NCBI GenBank assembly: GCA_963725865.1
Contig: CAVSAC010000010.1
Span: forward strand, 352,001-416,000
DNA: 64,000 bases
DNA from: Candidatus Eiseniibacteriota bacterium
GTDB taxonomy: Bacteria; Eisenbacteria; RBG-16-71-46
Direction: 5' to 3'
A program made the position numbers and the translations under genes. The notes beneath the pieces were generated by a model. The model had not been told where the DNA came from. It did no database searches and worked only from the letters and a program-made list of their open reading frames with translations. Shown piece by piece: positions 49,662 to 58,206 of this stretch (position 1 is its first letter; every line of letters starts with the position of its first letter).

Positions 49662-49689
49662 GTGTTCGCCACCCAGGACCCGGACGTAA
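49662..49689 (+). promoter_or_regulatory. Shared bipartite motif copy 3: GTGTTC-N13-CGGACGTAA
   Basis: 99 nt upstream of ATG 49789; shares GYGTTCGC-N11-CGGACGTAAGG with copy 1. Confidence 0.65.
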
Positions 49690-49788
49690 GGGGGAGCGGG
49701 ACCCGAGCGCTGGCGGCTCGGGCCCCATCGCGCGCCGAGTCCCCCGGCGTCGCGACGAGGATCGACCCGACCGGATGGAGGCCCCCCG

Positions 49789-52639
49789 ATGTTCCCGCGC
49801 ATCCCCACTTCGATTGCCCCTGCCGTCGTCGCGCTCGTCGCCACGCTCGCGTGGCTCGCGTCCGCGCCGCCCGCGGCCCGCGCGGTCCAGCGCTCGTGGA
49901 CGAACGCGGCCGGCGGCTCGGCGGGAACCTCGACCAACTGGAACCCGGCGGGGATCCCCGGCCCGCTCGACCAGCTCATCTTCGGCCTGGCCAGCACGTA
50001 TGCCGTCACGTTCGCCACGCCGGTCGACTCGGTGGCGACGCACAACGTGCTGAGCCCGAGCGTGGGGTTCAGCGTCACCGGCACCCACCGCATCACGGAC
50101 ACGTTCGAGGTGGGCGGGGCGACGCCGGCGCGCGCCACGCTCACGCTGGGCACGCTGTCCGCGCGCGCGATCATGGTCGGGCGCTCGGCCGGTCAGAAGG
50201 CCGCGCTGTTCGTCACGGGCGCGCAGCTCGTGGGCAACGGGCACATCGACGTGTCCGGCGTCGGCGCGTCAGTCACGCTGGGACAGGCCGCCGGCGCGAC
50301 CGGGAACCTGTATCTGCTCGGCGGTGGCAACATCACCGCGAACGGCCCGGTCGCCCTCGCACCGGCCGGCGCTTGCTCCGTGAGCGTGGCCGGCGGCGGC
50401 CTCGCGGGCCTCCCGCGTTCCGCATTGCGCTCCGCCGGCCCGAACGGGCACGTCACGCTCGCCGGTTCGGGCACCGCTTGGCTGGACGTGTTCAACAACG
50501 GAGTCGCGGACATCGCCGGCGATCTCTCGCTCGCCGCGTCGCTCGGCTCGTCCGCGACTATGAACGTGTATCGGACCCCCACGGGAGTCGGCGTTCCTTT
50601 GCTCACGGTGCGCGGGCGCTGCAACGTGGGCGGCACGACCGGCTCGAGCGCGCAGACCGGCACGGCACAGCTGACCGTCGGGCCGAATGGCGCCGGGTCG
50701 TTTCTCGGTCCGTGTACGGTCGGCAGTCCCGCGAGCGGCGGCATCGACCGGCTGACCGTGACGACCGGGGGCGCCGCGACGTTCGCGAGCGGCCTGCGGG
50801 TGTACTCGCAGACCAACGGGCGGCTCGACGTCTCGGGCGGCAGCGCGCTCGTCACGGGCGGCTCGTTCTGGTACGGCGGCGGCGTGACGCTCCCTGTCAC
50901 GGGGCCCGGGCTGCCATCGCTGCAGCTGCTGAATGGCGGCCCGGACACGATCCAGGCGAGCAGCATTCCGGCGCAGCCCGCGCTGCTGGTGGGCGGGGCC
51001 GGCGGGGCTGCGAGCATGACGGTGCGCCGGCCCGGCACGAGCCTGCTCGTGATGGGACCGGTCAATCTCGGGGCCGACAGCCAATCCGGCGCGTTGACCG
51101 TGGATTCGTCGGCCAGCGTGCGGGTGACCGGCCTCACGCACATCGGCGGGACCTCGAACGCCTGCCAGCTCACCCTGCAGAGCGGCGGCGCGTGGACAGG
51201 CACCAGCCTCGAGCTCGCGACCGCTGGCGGTGGCGGCGGGCTGCTCGCGGATGGCGCCGGCAGCAGCGGGCTCGCGACCGGGGACGTGAGCATGGGACCC
51301 GGCACCGCGTGGTTGCAACTGCACAACGGCGCGCGCTTCCAGCAGACGAGTCCTGCCGCTGTGTGTCAGGTGGGTGGCAGCAGCTCGGTCGAGGTGCTGC
51401 AGGGCTCGACCTTCACCAGCGCCGGCACGCTCAGTGTCTTCGGGGACCTCCTCCTCAGCGAGTCCTCGGTGTTCGCATCGCGGGTCAACGTCGCCTCCGG
51501 TGGCTCCGTGCAGGCGACCACGGGACTCCTCCGCGCCGAGATCGCGGTGGCCACCGGCGGGTTGCTCGACGCGGCGGCGAGCGGCTACGCGATCCCCGCG
51601 GCTGGAGGTCGGCACGGCGCTCAGCCCGAACGGCTTCGCGTGCACCGGCACGCTGCACGTGAGCAGCGACACGCTCGTGATCCGCGACGCCGACGGCGCG
51701 CAGCTTGGCAACACGCAGCTCCTGGCGGGCTGCCTCGACCTGCCGGCCGGCAGCCGACTCATGCCGGGCACCTCGCTCAGCGGCGACGGCACGCTGTTCG
51801 GCGACCTCACGAACCTCGGCGCCGTCTATCCGGGGGGCGTCGGCCTCGCGCTCGGGGGCCGGCTCGCGAGCCACGGTAGCGCCATCGCGGGCGGCGTGCT
51901 GCGCGTGATCGCCGGCGGCCAGCTCGAGGCCACCGGTGAGGTCAGCAGTCTGGTCGAGAATGGCGGCACCCTGCGACTCGGAGACGCGCCGGGGCACCTG
52001 GTGCTGTCGCCACCGCTCGCGCTGGCGAGCAAGGACGGGCTCGTCCTCTACACCCAGCTCACCTCGGGCGCGCTCCTGGTGCACGTGGGGGCGCCCGGCA
52101 GCGCACTGCACGACACGCTCCAGATCAGCGGCACTGCCGTGCTCGAAGGACGGCTCGAGCTGTGGACGAGCCCCGGCTATCTGCCCGCGCCGGGCGACAC
52201 GTTCACCGTGCTCACGGCGGGCGCGGTGCAGGGCACGTTCGGCCTGGTGCAGATCAACGGCGGCCCCGCGGCCGGACACCTGAGCCTCGTCTACGGGCCG
52301 ACGACGGTCCGCGGCGTGTTCGTGAGCTCCTTGCTCGGGGTGGACGATCCGCCGGCAGCGCCCGAGGGCGTGAAGGCGCTGCGCTTCGCGACCGCCGGCA
52401 GCCCGCGCGAGGCGGCGCTGATGCTCGAGCTGCCCGCGGCGGCGAGCGCGCGCGTGATGCTCTACGACGTGACCGGCCGCCAGGCGGCGGTGCTCGCCAA
52501 CGGCGAACTGGCGGCGGGGCGGCATCGCCTCGCGCTCGCCGACACCGCGCTGCCGAGCGGCGTGTACTTCGCCCGCGCGGTCGTACGGAGTGCGGACGGC
52601 ACGCGCGTGCTCACCACGCGGGTGGTGCGGCTGCGCTAG
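49789..52639 (+). CDS. Secreted beta-helix-like protein, paralog of 39677..42244, with variant CTD; one-base frameshift near 51595
   Basis: GGAGG RBS, signal ..PAARA. SWTNAAGGSAGTSTNWNPAGIP matches GWKSAVSGSADVSTNWTPTGLP. Continues in ORF 51374..52639 after ATCCCCGCGG (extra C): HDTLQISGTAVLEGRL, GDTFTVLT, LYDVTGRQ..PSGVYFARA. Confidence 0.82.
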
Positions 52640-52645
52640 TCGGTG

Positions 52646-52682
52646 GGCGGCGGAGCCGTGCGAGGCACCCGGCTCCGCCGCC
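52646..52682. terminator. 13-bp hairpin between convergent genes
   Basis: GGCGGCGGAGCCG-N11-CGGCTCCGCCGCC. Confidence 0.65.
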
Positions 52683-52708
52683 GGATCACCGCTCGCCGCA
52701 AACGACCC

Positions 52709-53533
52709 TCAACGCACCACGGCGAGGCGGACGACCACGCCGAAATGATCGGACGCCCATATGCTGTCGGGGCCGGCGTCGCGGAACAGCAGGTCGGCCG
52801 TGAGCGGCACGAGCGCTGGCCGGCCCGCGCGCGGCACGAAGACGTGGTCGATCTGCCGGGGCGAGTGGCCGAACGCCGGATTCAAGGTCGTCGTCTCCGC
52901 CGCCCCGCGGCCCGGGTTCACGACCGGGTAGCCGTCGACGAACGCGGGCGCCAGCGGCCGCATCTCGGGCGCGTCCGACGCGGCGTTGAAGTCCCCCGCG
53001 AGCACCAGGGCGCCGGGGCCGCGGGTCGCAGCGATGTAGGCGAGCAGGTCGGCGATCTGGGTGGCGCGGATCGCGCCGCCCTCGGACGTGTGGTGCAGAT
53101 GAGTGTCGTAGACGTCGATCGCACGCCCGCGGAAGTCGATGCGCACGTGCGCGACCGTGCGGTAGTCATCGCGCGGCTCGAGCTCCTTGCCCTCCGCGAG
53201 CAGGATGCGGTGCGGGGTCACGATCGCATTGCCGTAGCGCTTCACGCGCGTGACGCTGTCGACCGAGGCGAAGTAGGTGTGGAATCCGAGGCTGTCGGCG
53301 ATCGTCGCGGCCTGATTGCGCAGGGTGGCGTGCTGCAGCACCTCCTGCAGGCACACGACGTCGGGGTGCAGCGCCCGCAGGCCGGCCAGGATCTTCGCCA
53401 GCCGCCGCGGCCAGTCCCCCTGGTCGTTCCAGAGGTTGAGCGTGATCACGGTGAGCGTATCCGTCTCCGCTGCGGGGGCGGGCCGCGGCGCCACCGCGAG
53501 TCCGACCAGCAGCAGGGCGAATGCGGCGCTCAC
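52709..53533 (-). CDS. Exported endonuclease/exonuclease/phosphatase (EEP) family protein
   Basis: GTG 53533 overlaps the kinase TGA (GTGA); signal peptide; TLNLW, DVVCLQEV, YGNAI, THL, AGDFN, IDHVF, SDH. Confidence 0.9.
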   Translation of the reverse strand: MSAAFALLLVGLAVAPRPAPAAETDTLTVITLNLWNDQGDWPRRLAKILAGLRALHPDVVCLQEVLQHATLRNQAATIADSLGFHTYFASVDSVTRVKRYGNAIVTPHRILLAEGKELEPRDDYRTVAHVRIDFRGRAIDVYDTHLHHTSEGGAIRATQIADLLAYIAATRGPGALVLAGDFNAASDAPEMRPLAPAFVDGYPVVNPGRGAAETTTLNPAFGHSPRQIDHVFVPRAGRPALVPLTADLLFRDAGPDSIWASDHFGVVVRLAVVR

Positions 53534-54729
53534 GTCCGACGTCCGACCGTTCGGCGCGCGGCCGGCGTCCCGCGCCGGCCGACGAGGCGCCAGAAGTGCG
53601 CCTCGTCGAGCAGCGTGATGCGATGCCCCTTCTCGCGCAGCCGCTTGATCTCCATCAGCTTCAGCCCGGCGTCCTTGCCGGCGGCCTGCTGGGCGTTGGG
53701 GCGCCCGCGCACCACGACGCTGGTGCGCGCCGAGGGTCCGCCGTGCACGGTCGCGCCGGCGCGCGTCGCGGCGCGCGCGGCCTCGATCCGCGGCCGGCTG
53801 AGGATGCCGGTGAACGCGAGGTGCACGCCCTTCAGCGAGCGCAGCACCCCGACCCGCAACGGCGCCGGCGGATTGCGCAGCGCCTCGATCAGCTCGTTCG
53901 CGCTCTCGTAGCGCTTGCGGCGCTCGCCGATGCAGCGGTAGACGATCTCCTTCAGGTGGTCGCTGCAGCCCAGCCGGCGGACGTCCGGGGTGCGCAGGCG
54001 CACGCTCGCATCGCCCTTGACCAGCATGCCGAGCAGCTGGCCGACCTGGTACACGTCGTCGCGCGCCTGCCACTTCGGGACCACGCGAGCGAGGAACTCG
54101 CTGGGGGCCGTGAGCGCGTTCATCGTGCGCGCGGTGATGCCGCGGCGGTCGCTCTGTTGCCGCACGATCCCGAAATCGCCGAGCTTGAGCCGCGGCCCCT
54201 CGCACACGAACACGTTCAACGGGGTGAGATCGCGGTGCAGCAACTGCCCGCGATGGAGCTTGCCGAGCACTTCGAGGATCCCCGCGATCTCGCGCCGCAC
54301 CATCTTCTCGGGCCACCCCTTCCCCGCGCGCGACAGGAACGCGCGCAGGTCGCCGTGGCGCGCGTACTCGAGCGCGAGGCAGTACAGCACCTGGCCGTGC
54401 GGCGGCATCCAGGGGAACGCATCGAAGATGCGGATCGCACGCGGGTGCCCCTCGAGCAGCTGTCCGAAGTAGGCTTCGCGCAGCCAGCCGTCGATCCGGG
54501 CGCTGATCTTGATGCACACGGTCGCGGCGACGGTCGCGGAGCGCCCCTGCCGCCGCGCCAGGTAGACCTGCCCGAATCCGCCCTCGCCGAGCCACCGCTC
54601 GATGCGGTACTCGAGCTGCGTCTCCGGGCTGGCGACGACCTGGCCCGGCTCGAGCAGGCGCTCCTCGAGCGCGCGCCGGGTGCGCGCCGTTCGCATGCTC
54701 CGGGTGGTGGGCAGCGAGCTGTCCGTCAT
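53530..54729 (-). CDS. Soluble Ser/Thr protein kinase with C-terminal BRCT domain
   Basis: LGEGGFGQVY, VCIK, LRE, HRDLTPLN, LGDFG, DDVYQVG. C-terminal LKGVHLAFTGILSRPR..AGATVHGGPSARTSVVVRG..ITLLDEAHFWRLV fits BRCT. No TM. Confidence 0.85.
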   Translation of the reverse strand: MTDSSLPTTRSMRTARTRRALEERLLEPGQVVASPETQLEYRIERWLGEGGFGQVYLARRQGRSATVAATVCIKISARIDGWLREAYFGQLLEGHPRAIRIFDAFPWMPPHGQVLYCLALEYARHGDLRAFLSRAGKGWPEKMVRREIAGILEVLGKLHRGQLLHRDLTPLNVFVCEGPRLKLGDFGIVRQQSDRRGITARTMNALTAPSEFLARVVPKWQARDDVYQVGQLLGMLVKGDASVRLRTPDVRRLGCSDHLKEIVYRCIGERRKRYESANELIEALRNPPAPLRVGVLRSLKGVHLAFTGILSRPRIEAARAATRAGATVHGGPSARTSVVVRGRPNAQQAAGKDAGLKLMEIKRLREKGHRITLLDEAHFWRLVGRRGTPAARRTVGRRT

Positions 54730-54766
54730 GGCGATGCGTGCCCCTCCTCTCGCGGGCGGCAGGGTC

Positions 54767-55762
54767 TCACCGAAGCCGGGTGCCCGGCAACGTCGGCGGC
54801 GCGGTGCCCGCGGGCTCGCGCGCCCGCACGATCAGCGCGAGCGGCACCTTGCGCCAGCCGGGCCAGCGCCAGCGCTCCCCGCGGGCGGGGTCGCGCATCG
54901 TCAGCTGCGCCGAGATGCCGCCGTCGAGCATGACGGCGTCGCGGGCGCCGAGCGCCCCCATCACCGCCACCATCTCGGGAGTCGTGGGCCCGATCGGCAT
55001 CGCGCCCGCGCCCTCGCCGAGCGCGTCGAAGCGCGTCATCACGATCAGCAGCCGGCCCGCGCGGGTCTCGCCGATCGCGAGCCGCGCGTCGCGGTGCGCG
55101 AGATCGACGCCGCCGCCCGGTGCGCGCAGCGCCGCCGGCACCTCGCCATCGCGCGCGAGCAGGGTGGGATAGGACTGGAACGCCAGCGCCACACCGGCCG
55201 GCGGCGCGCCGAGCGAGTCGCCCGCGATCCAGCGCGGGCGCCCGTCCGCATCGAACGCCAGCGCGCTCGAGAGCGGACCGACGCCGGGCGCCAGCCGCTC
55301 GCGGCCGTCGATCACCACCCAGCCCCACGGCATGGTCTCGACGAACTGCCCGGCGTTCACCGCCAGCAGCGCGTCGCGCGGCGCGCGATCGATCGTCCAG
55401 GCCGGCCGCTGGTCCTCGCGCGCCAGGTCCATCGCCAGCGAGCACCGCACCCGCGCGGGATCCAGGCTCACGACGATCAGCCGCATGCGCCACGCCGGCG
55501 CCGAGCCCGCGAGCCGCGTCGTGGCCCACTCGACGCCGTCCGCGAGCGGTCGCCAGACAAGCGCTCCCGTCACCGTGGAATCGGCGGCGCGCCAGCGCGC
55601 GGGCGCGGCCGCGGCCCGCCACCACGCGCGCCACCCGCCGTCACGCCACACGGACAACGCGGCACCCGCCCCTGCCGCGCGCGCCGGAACCGCGCAGAGC
55701 GGCCCCGCGCCGACCGCCAGGAGTGCGATCAGCGCCGAGGCCCTGCGGACGGTGCGGATCAC
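54767..55762 (-). CDS. Exported phosphodiester glycosidase (NAGPA) family protein
   Basis: Signal peptide; AVNAGQF, SYPTLL, RDARLAIG, AVMLDGGISAQL motifs. Confidence 0.8.
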   Translation of the reverse strand: MIRTVRRASALIALLAVGAGPLCAVPARAAGAGAALSVWRDGGWRAWWRAAAAPARWRAADSTVTGALVWRPLADGVEWATTRLAGSAPAWRMRLIVVSLDPARVRCSLAMDLAREDQRPAWTIDRAPRDALLAVNAGQFVETMPWGWVVIDGRERLAPGVGPLSSALAFDADGRPRWIAGDSLGAPPAGVALAFQSYPTLLARDGEVPAALRAPGGGVDLAHRDARLAIGETRAGRLLIVMTRFDALGEGAGAMPIGPTTPEMVAVMGALGARDAVMLDGGISAQLTMRDPARGERWRWPGWRKVPLALIVRAREPAGTAPPTLPGTRLR

Positions 55763-55766
55763 GGAT

Positions 55767-56690
55767 TCAGTTGAGCGGAGCCTCGAGCAGCGCCGCGAGC
55801 TCGTCCTGGTGCGCGCCGAGCGCTGCGAGCTCGCTCTCGCTGAAGCCGCCGGGCCGGGGGCTGCCCTTGGCGGCCGCCAGGTACATCTCGATGCGTTCGC
55901 GCGCCATCGCGAACTGCGCCGCCGTCAGGCCGCTGGCCTTGGTCTGCGCCGCCATCGACTTGCCGTCCATGGCGCGGAGGTCCGCGTCGACCTTGCGCAC
56001 CTGGTCCTGCAGCGACTCGATCTGGGCCTGAGCGGGGTGAAGGGGCGGCATCGCGCCGCATTTCTGCTGGGCGGCGAGGGTGTCGGCGTGGGTCAGGCCG
56101 CTGAGCCCGAACTCCGCCTGGATGCGCAGCATCGCCGCGGTGTCTCCGCGCGCTTGCGCCTGTCCCAGCTGCGTCGCCATCGCCATCATCTTCTGCTGCA
56201 TGGCCGGATCGCTCCGCATCTTCTGCTCGATCGCCTTCTGGTTCGCCTCCTGCCGCTGGTCGAGTTCCTCCCTCCAGCAACGCTCGGCGTCGTTGTGCTT
56301 GCGCTGCGCAGCGTCGATCGCGGGGCCGAACTTCTCGGACAAGGCCCCCGCCTCGTCCTGGAGCTTCGCCTTGCGCGCCACCAGCTCGCCGCGGCCCTGG
56401 TTCGCCCCACGCGCGGCCTTGAAGCCGGCCAACACGTGATCGAGCTGCCCGGCGTTCAGCTCCAGGAGGGTCTCGTCGAACGTGGGCGGCGCGCCGGGCG
56501 CGGACGGGGCCGCCGTCGTCGGCTCGACGCGCTGTCCCACCTTCTTCGCGGCCTTGGTGGTCGCGGACTTGATGACGCTCCCCAGTCCGGCCTGCGCGGG
56601 CGGCGCGGCGACGAGCGCGACGATCAGGCACGCGAGCACGACAAGGACCGGCGCGCGCGTCCAGCGGACCGAAAGGGCGGTGCGGTTCAT
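55767..56690 (-). CDS. Secreted alpha-helical hypothetical protein
   Basis: GAGGA RBS, ATG 56690, signal ..PPAQA-GLGSVIK; Q/M/A-rich coiled-coil character, two Cys in the mature part. Confidence 0.75.
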   Translation of the reverse strand: MNRTALSVRWTRAPVLVVLACLIVALVAAPPAQAGLGSVIKSATTKAAKKVGQRVEPTTAAPSAPGAPPTFDETLLELNAGQLDHVLAGFKAARGANQGRGELVARKAKLQDEAGALSEKFGPAIDAAQRKHNDAERCWREELDQRQEANQKAIEQKMRSDPAMQQKMMAMATQLGQAQARGDTAAMLRIQAEFGLSGLTHADTLAAQQKCGAMPPLHPAQAQIESLQDQVRKVDADLRAMDGKSMAAQTKASGLTAAQFAMARERIEMYLAAAKGSPRPGGFSESELAALGAHQDELAALLEAPLN

Positions 56691-57009
56691 GGTCAGGATC
56701 CTCGTTCGACGAAGTGTGAGGGGATCGGAACGGGTGGGAGCGCGCGCATGGTACATCGCGGGCGCACCCCGGGCCACGGTCCAGCGACGGTGGCCGGGCC
56801 GCGAGCACGCGGCACCTCGTGCGGGCGCCCGCCGCCCCACCGCGGGTGGCGCTCCGGGATTCCCATGCGCTGCGCGCGCCGGTGCGGTAGTGTCCCGGCC
56901 GGTTGCGTCGCGCGCGCGGCTCGGCGAGCGCGACCTCACGAATGGCCGCGAGTCGTCTGCCCGCGAGGTGCGGATGGTGGAAGCCGCCTCGCATCATCAG
57001 GAGTCCCGC

Positions 57010-58173
57010 ATGCGCTTCGCCCCTGCGCCCCTCGTCGTGATGCTCGCGCTCGGCCTCGCCGCGCCCGCCACCGCCCAGACCTCCGGCGATTTCGTGGTGC
57101 GGCTCGGCCGCGACACCACCGGCGCCGAGCATTACGAGCGGCGCGGTGGCCACCTCGAGGTCGACCAGGTCGGTCGCTCGCCCCGGGTGCTCCAGCGCCA
57201 CTTCGCCTGGGACTTCGCCGCCGACGGCGCGCTGACTCACGTGCGGGCCGACGTGATCGCGCCTGGCGCGCCCGCCGGCGCTCCCCCGCTCCAGCGTATC
57301 GAGGCGAGCTTCACCCGCGACTCGATGATGATGGAGGTTGGCCGCGACACCTCGATCCAGCGCGTCCGGCTCGCGGTGCCGGCCGGGACGGTGGTGATCG
57401 CCAGCAGCAGCCCCTGGTCGGCGTACGAGCAGCAGTCCCAGAGGCTGCTCGCCGGCAAAGCTGACAGCCTGCGCGCGACGCTCTACTTCCTGGGCGCTCC
57501 GCAACTGAGCTGGATCGCGGTGCGCCGGCTGGGACGCGATTCGGTCGTCATCGAGACCGAGCACGACCTGTTCCACGCGCGGGTCGACCGCGGCGGGCGG
57601 CTGCTGAACGTGGTGCCCCTCCGCGGCACCGGGAAGTTCACCGTCGATCGCGTCGAGCACCTCGACCTGGCGGCCCAGGTGGCGGCGTTCGTCGCCGAGG
57701 AGCGCCAGGCCGGGACCATGGGAGCGCTCTCGACCCGCGACACGGTGCGCGCGAACGTGGCCGGCGCGGAGCTGTGGATCGACTACGGGCGGCCTGCAAA
57801 GCGCGGTCGCGCCGTATTCGGCGGAGTGGTGCCGTGGGGCGAGGTGTGGCGCACCGGCGCCAACGCCGCGACCCAGTTCCGCACCGACCACGCGCTCTCG
57901 TTTGGCGGCACCGCGCTGCCCGCCGGCATGTACACCCTGTGGTCCATCCCCTCGCCCGGTGGCTGGAAGCTCGTGATCAACCGCCAGACCGGCCAGTGGG
58001 GCACCGAGCACGACGCGAAGCAGGACCTCGCCACCATCGACATGCAGGTGAGCGCGCTGCCGCAGCCGGTGGAGCGCTTCACGATCGGCGTGGGGTCGAG
58101 TCCCGCAGGCGGCACGCTCGACCTCGACTGGGACACCACGCGGGCCTCGGTCGCGTTCACCGTGCAGCCGTAG
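57010..58173 (+). CDS. Secreted protein with C-terminal DUF2911 domain
   Basis: AGGAG RBS, ATG 57010, signal ..PATA-Q; IDYGRPAKRGRAVFGGVVPWGEVWRTGANAAT..QTGQWGT..LDWD. Confidence 0.88.
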   Translation: MRFAPAPLVVMLALGLAAPATAQTSGDFVVRLGRDTTGAEHYERRGGHLEVDQVGRSPRVLQRHFAWDFAADGALTHVRADVIAPGAPAGAPPLQRIEASFTRDSMMMEVGRDTSIQRVRLAVPAGTVVIASSSPWSAYEQQSQRLLAGKADSLRATLYFLGAPQLSWIAVRRLGRDSVVIETEHDLFHARVDRGGRLLNVVPLRGTGKFTVDRVEHLDLAAQVAAFVAEERQAGTMGALSTRDTVRANVAGAELWIDYGRPAKRGRAVFGGVVPWGEVWRTGANAATQFRTDHALSFGGTALPAGMYTLWSIPSPGGWKLVINRQTGQWGTEHDAKQDLATIDMQVSALPQPVERFTIGVGSSPAGGTLDLDWDTTRASVAFTVQP

Positions 58174-58206
58174 CGCCGACCACGCGCCTCGCCCTCTCGA
58201 CCGCGC

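Noticed and set aside
45910..49689. Long antisense ORFs (also 36222..39374, most of 39353..43027, 17004..18860, 55759..58011)
   Set aside because: Stop-poor shadow frames expected opposite high-GC genes; no motifs or RBS. Only the last 203 aa of 39353..43027 are real (the ECF).
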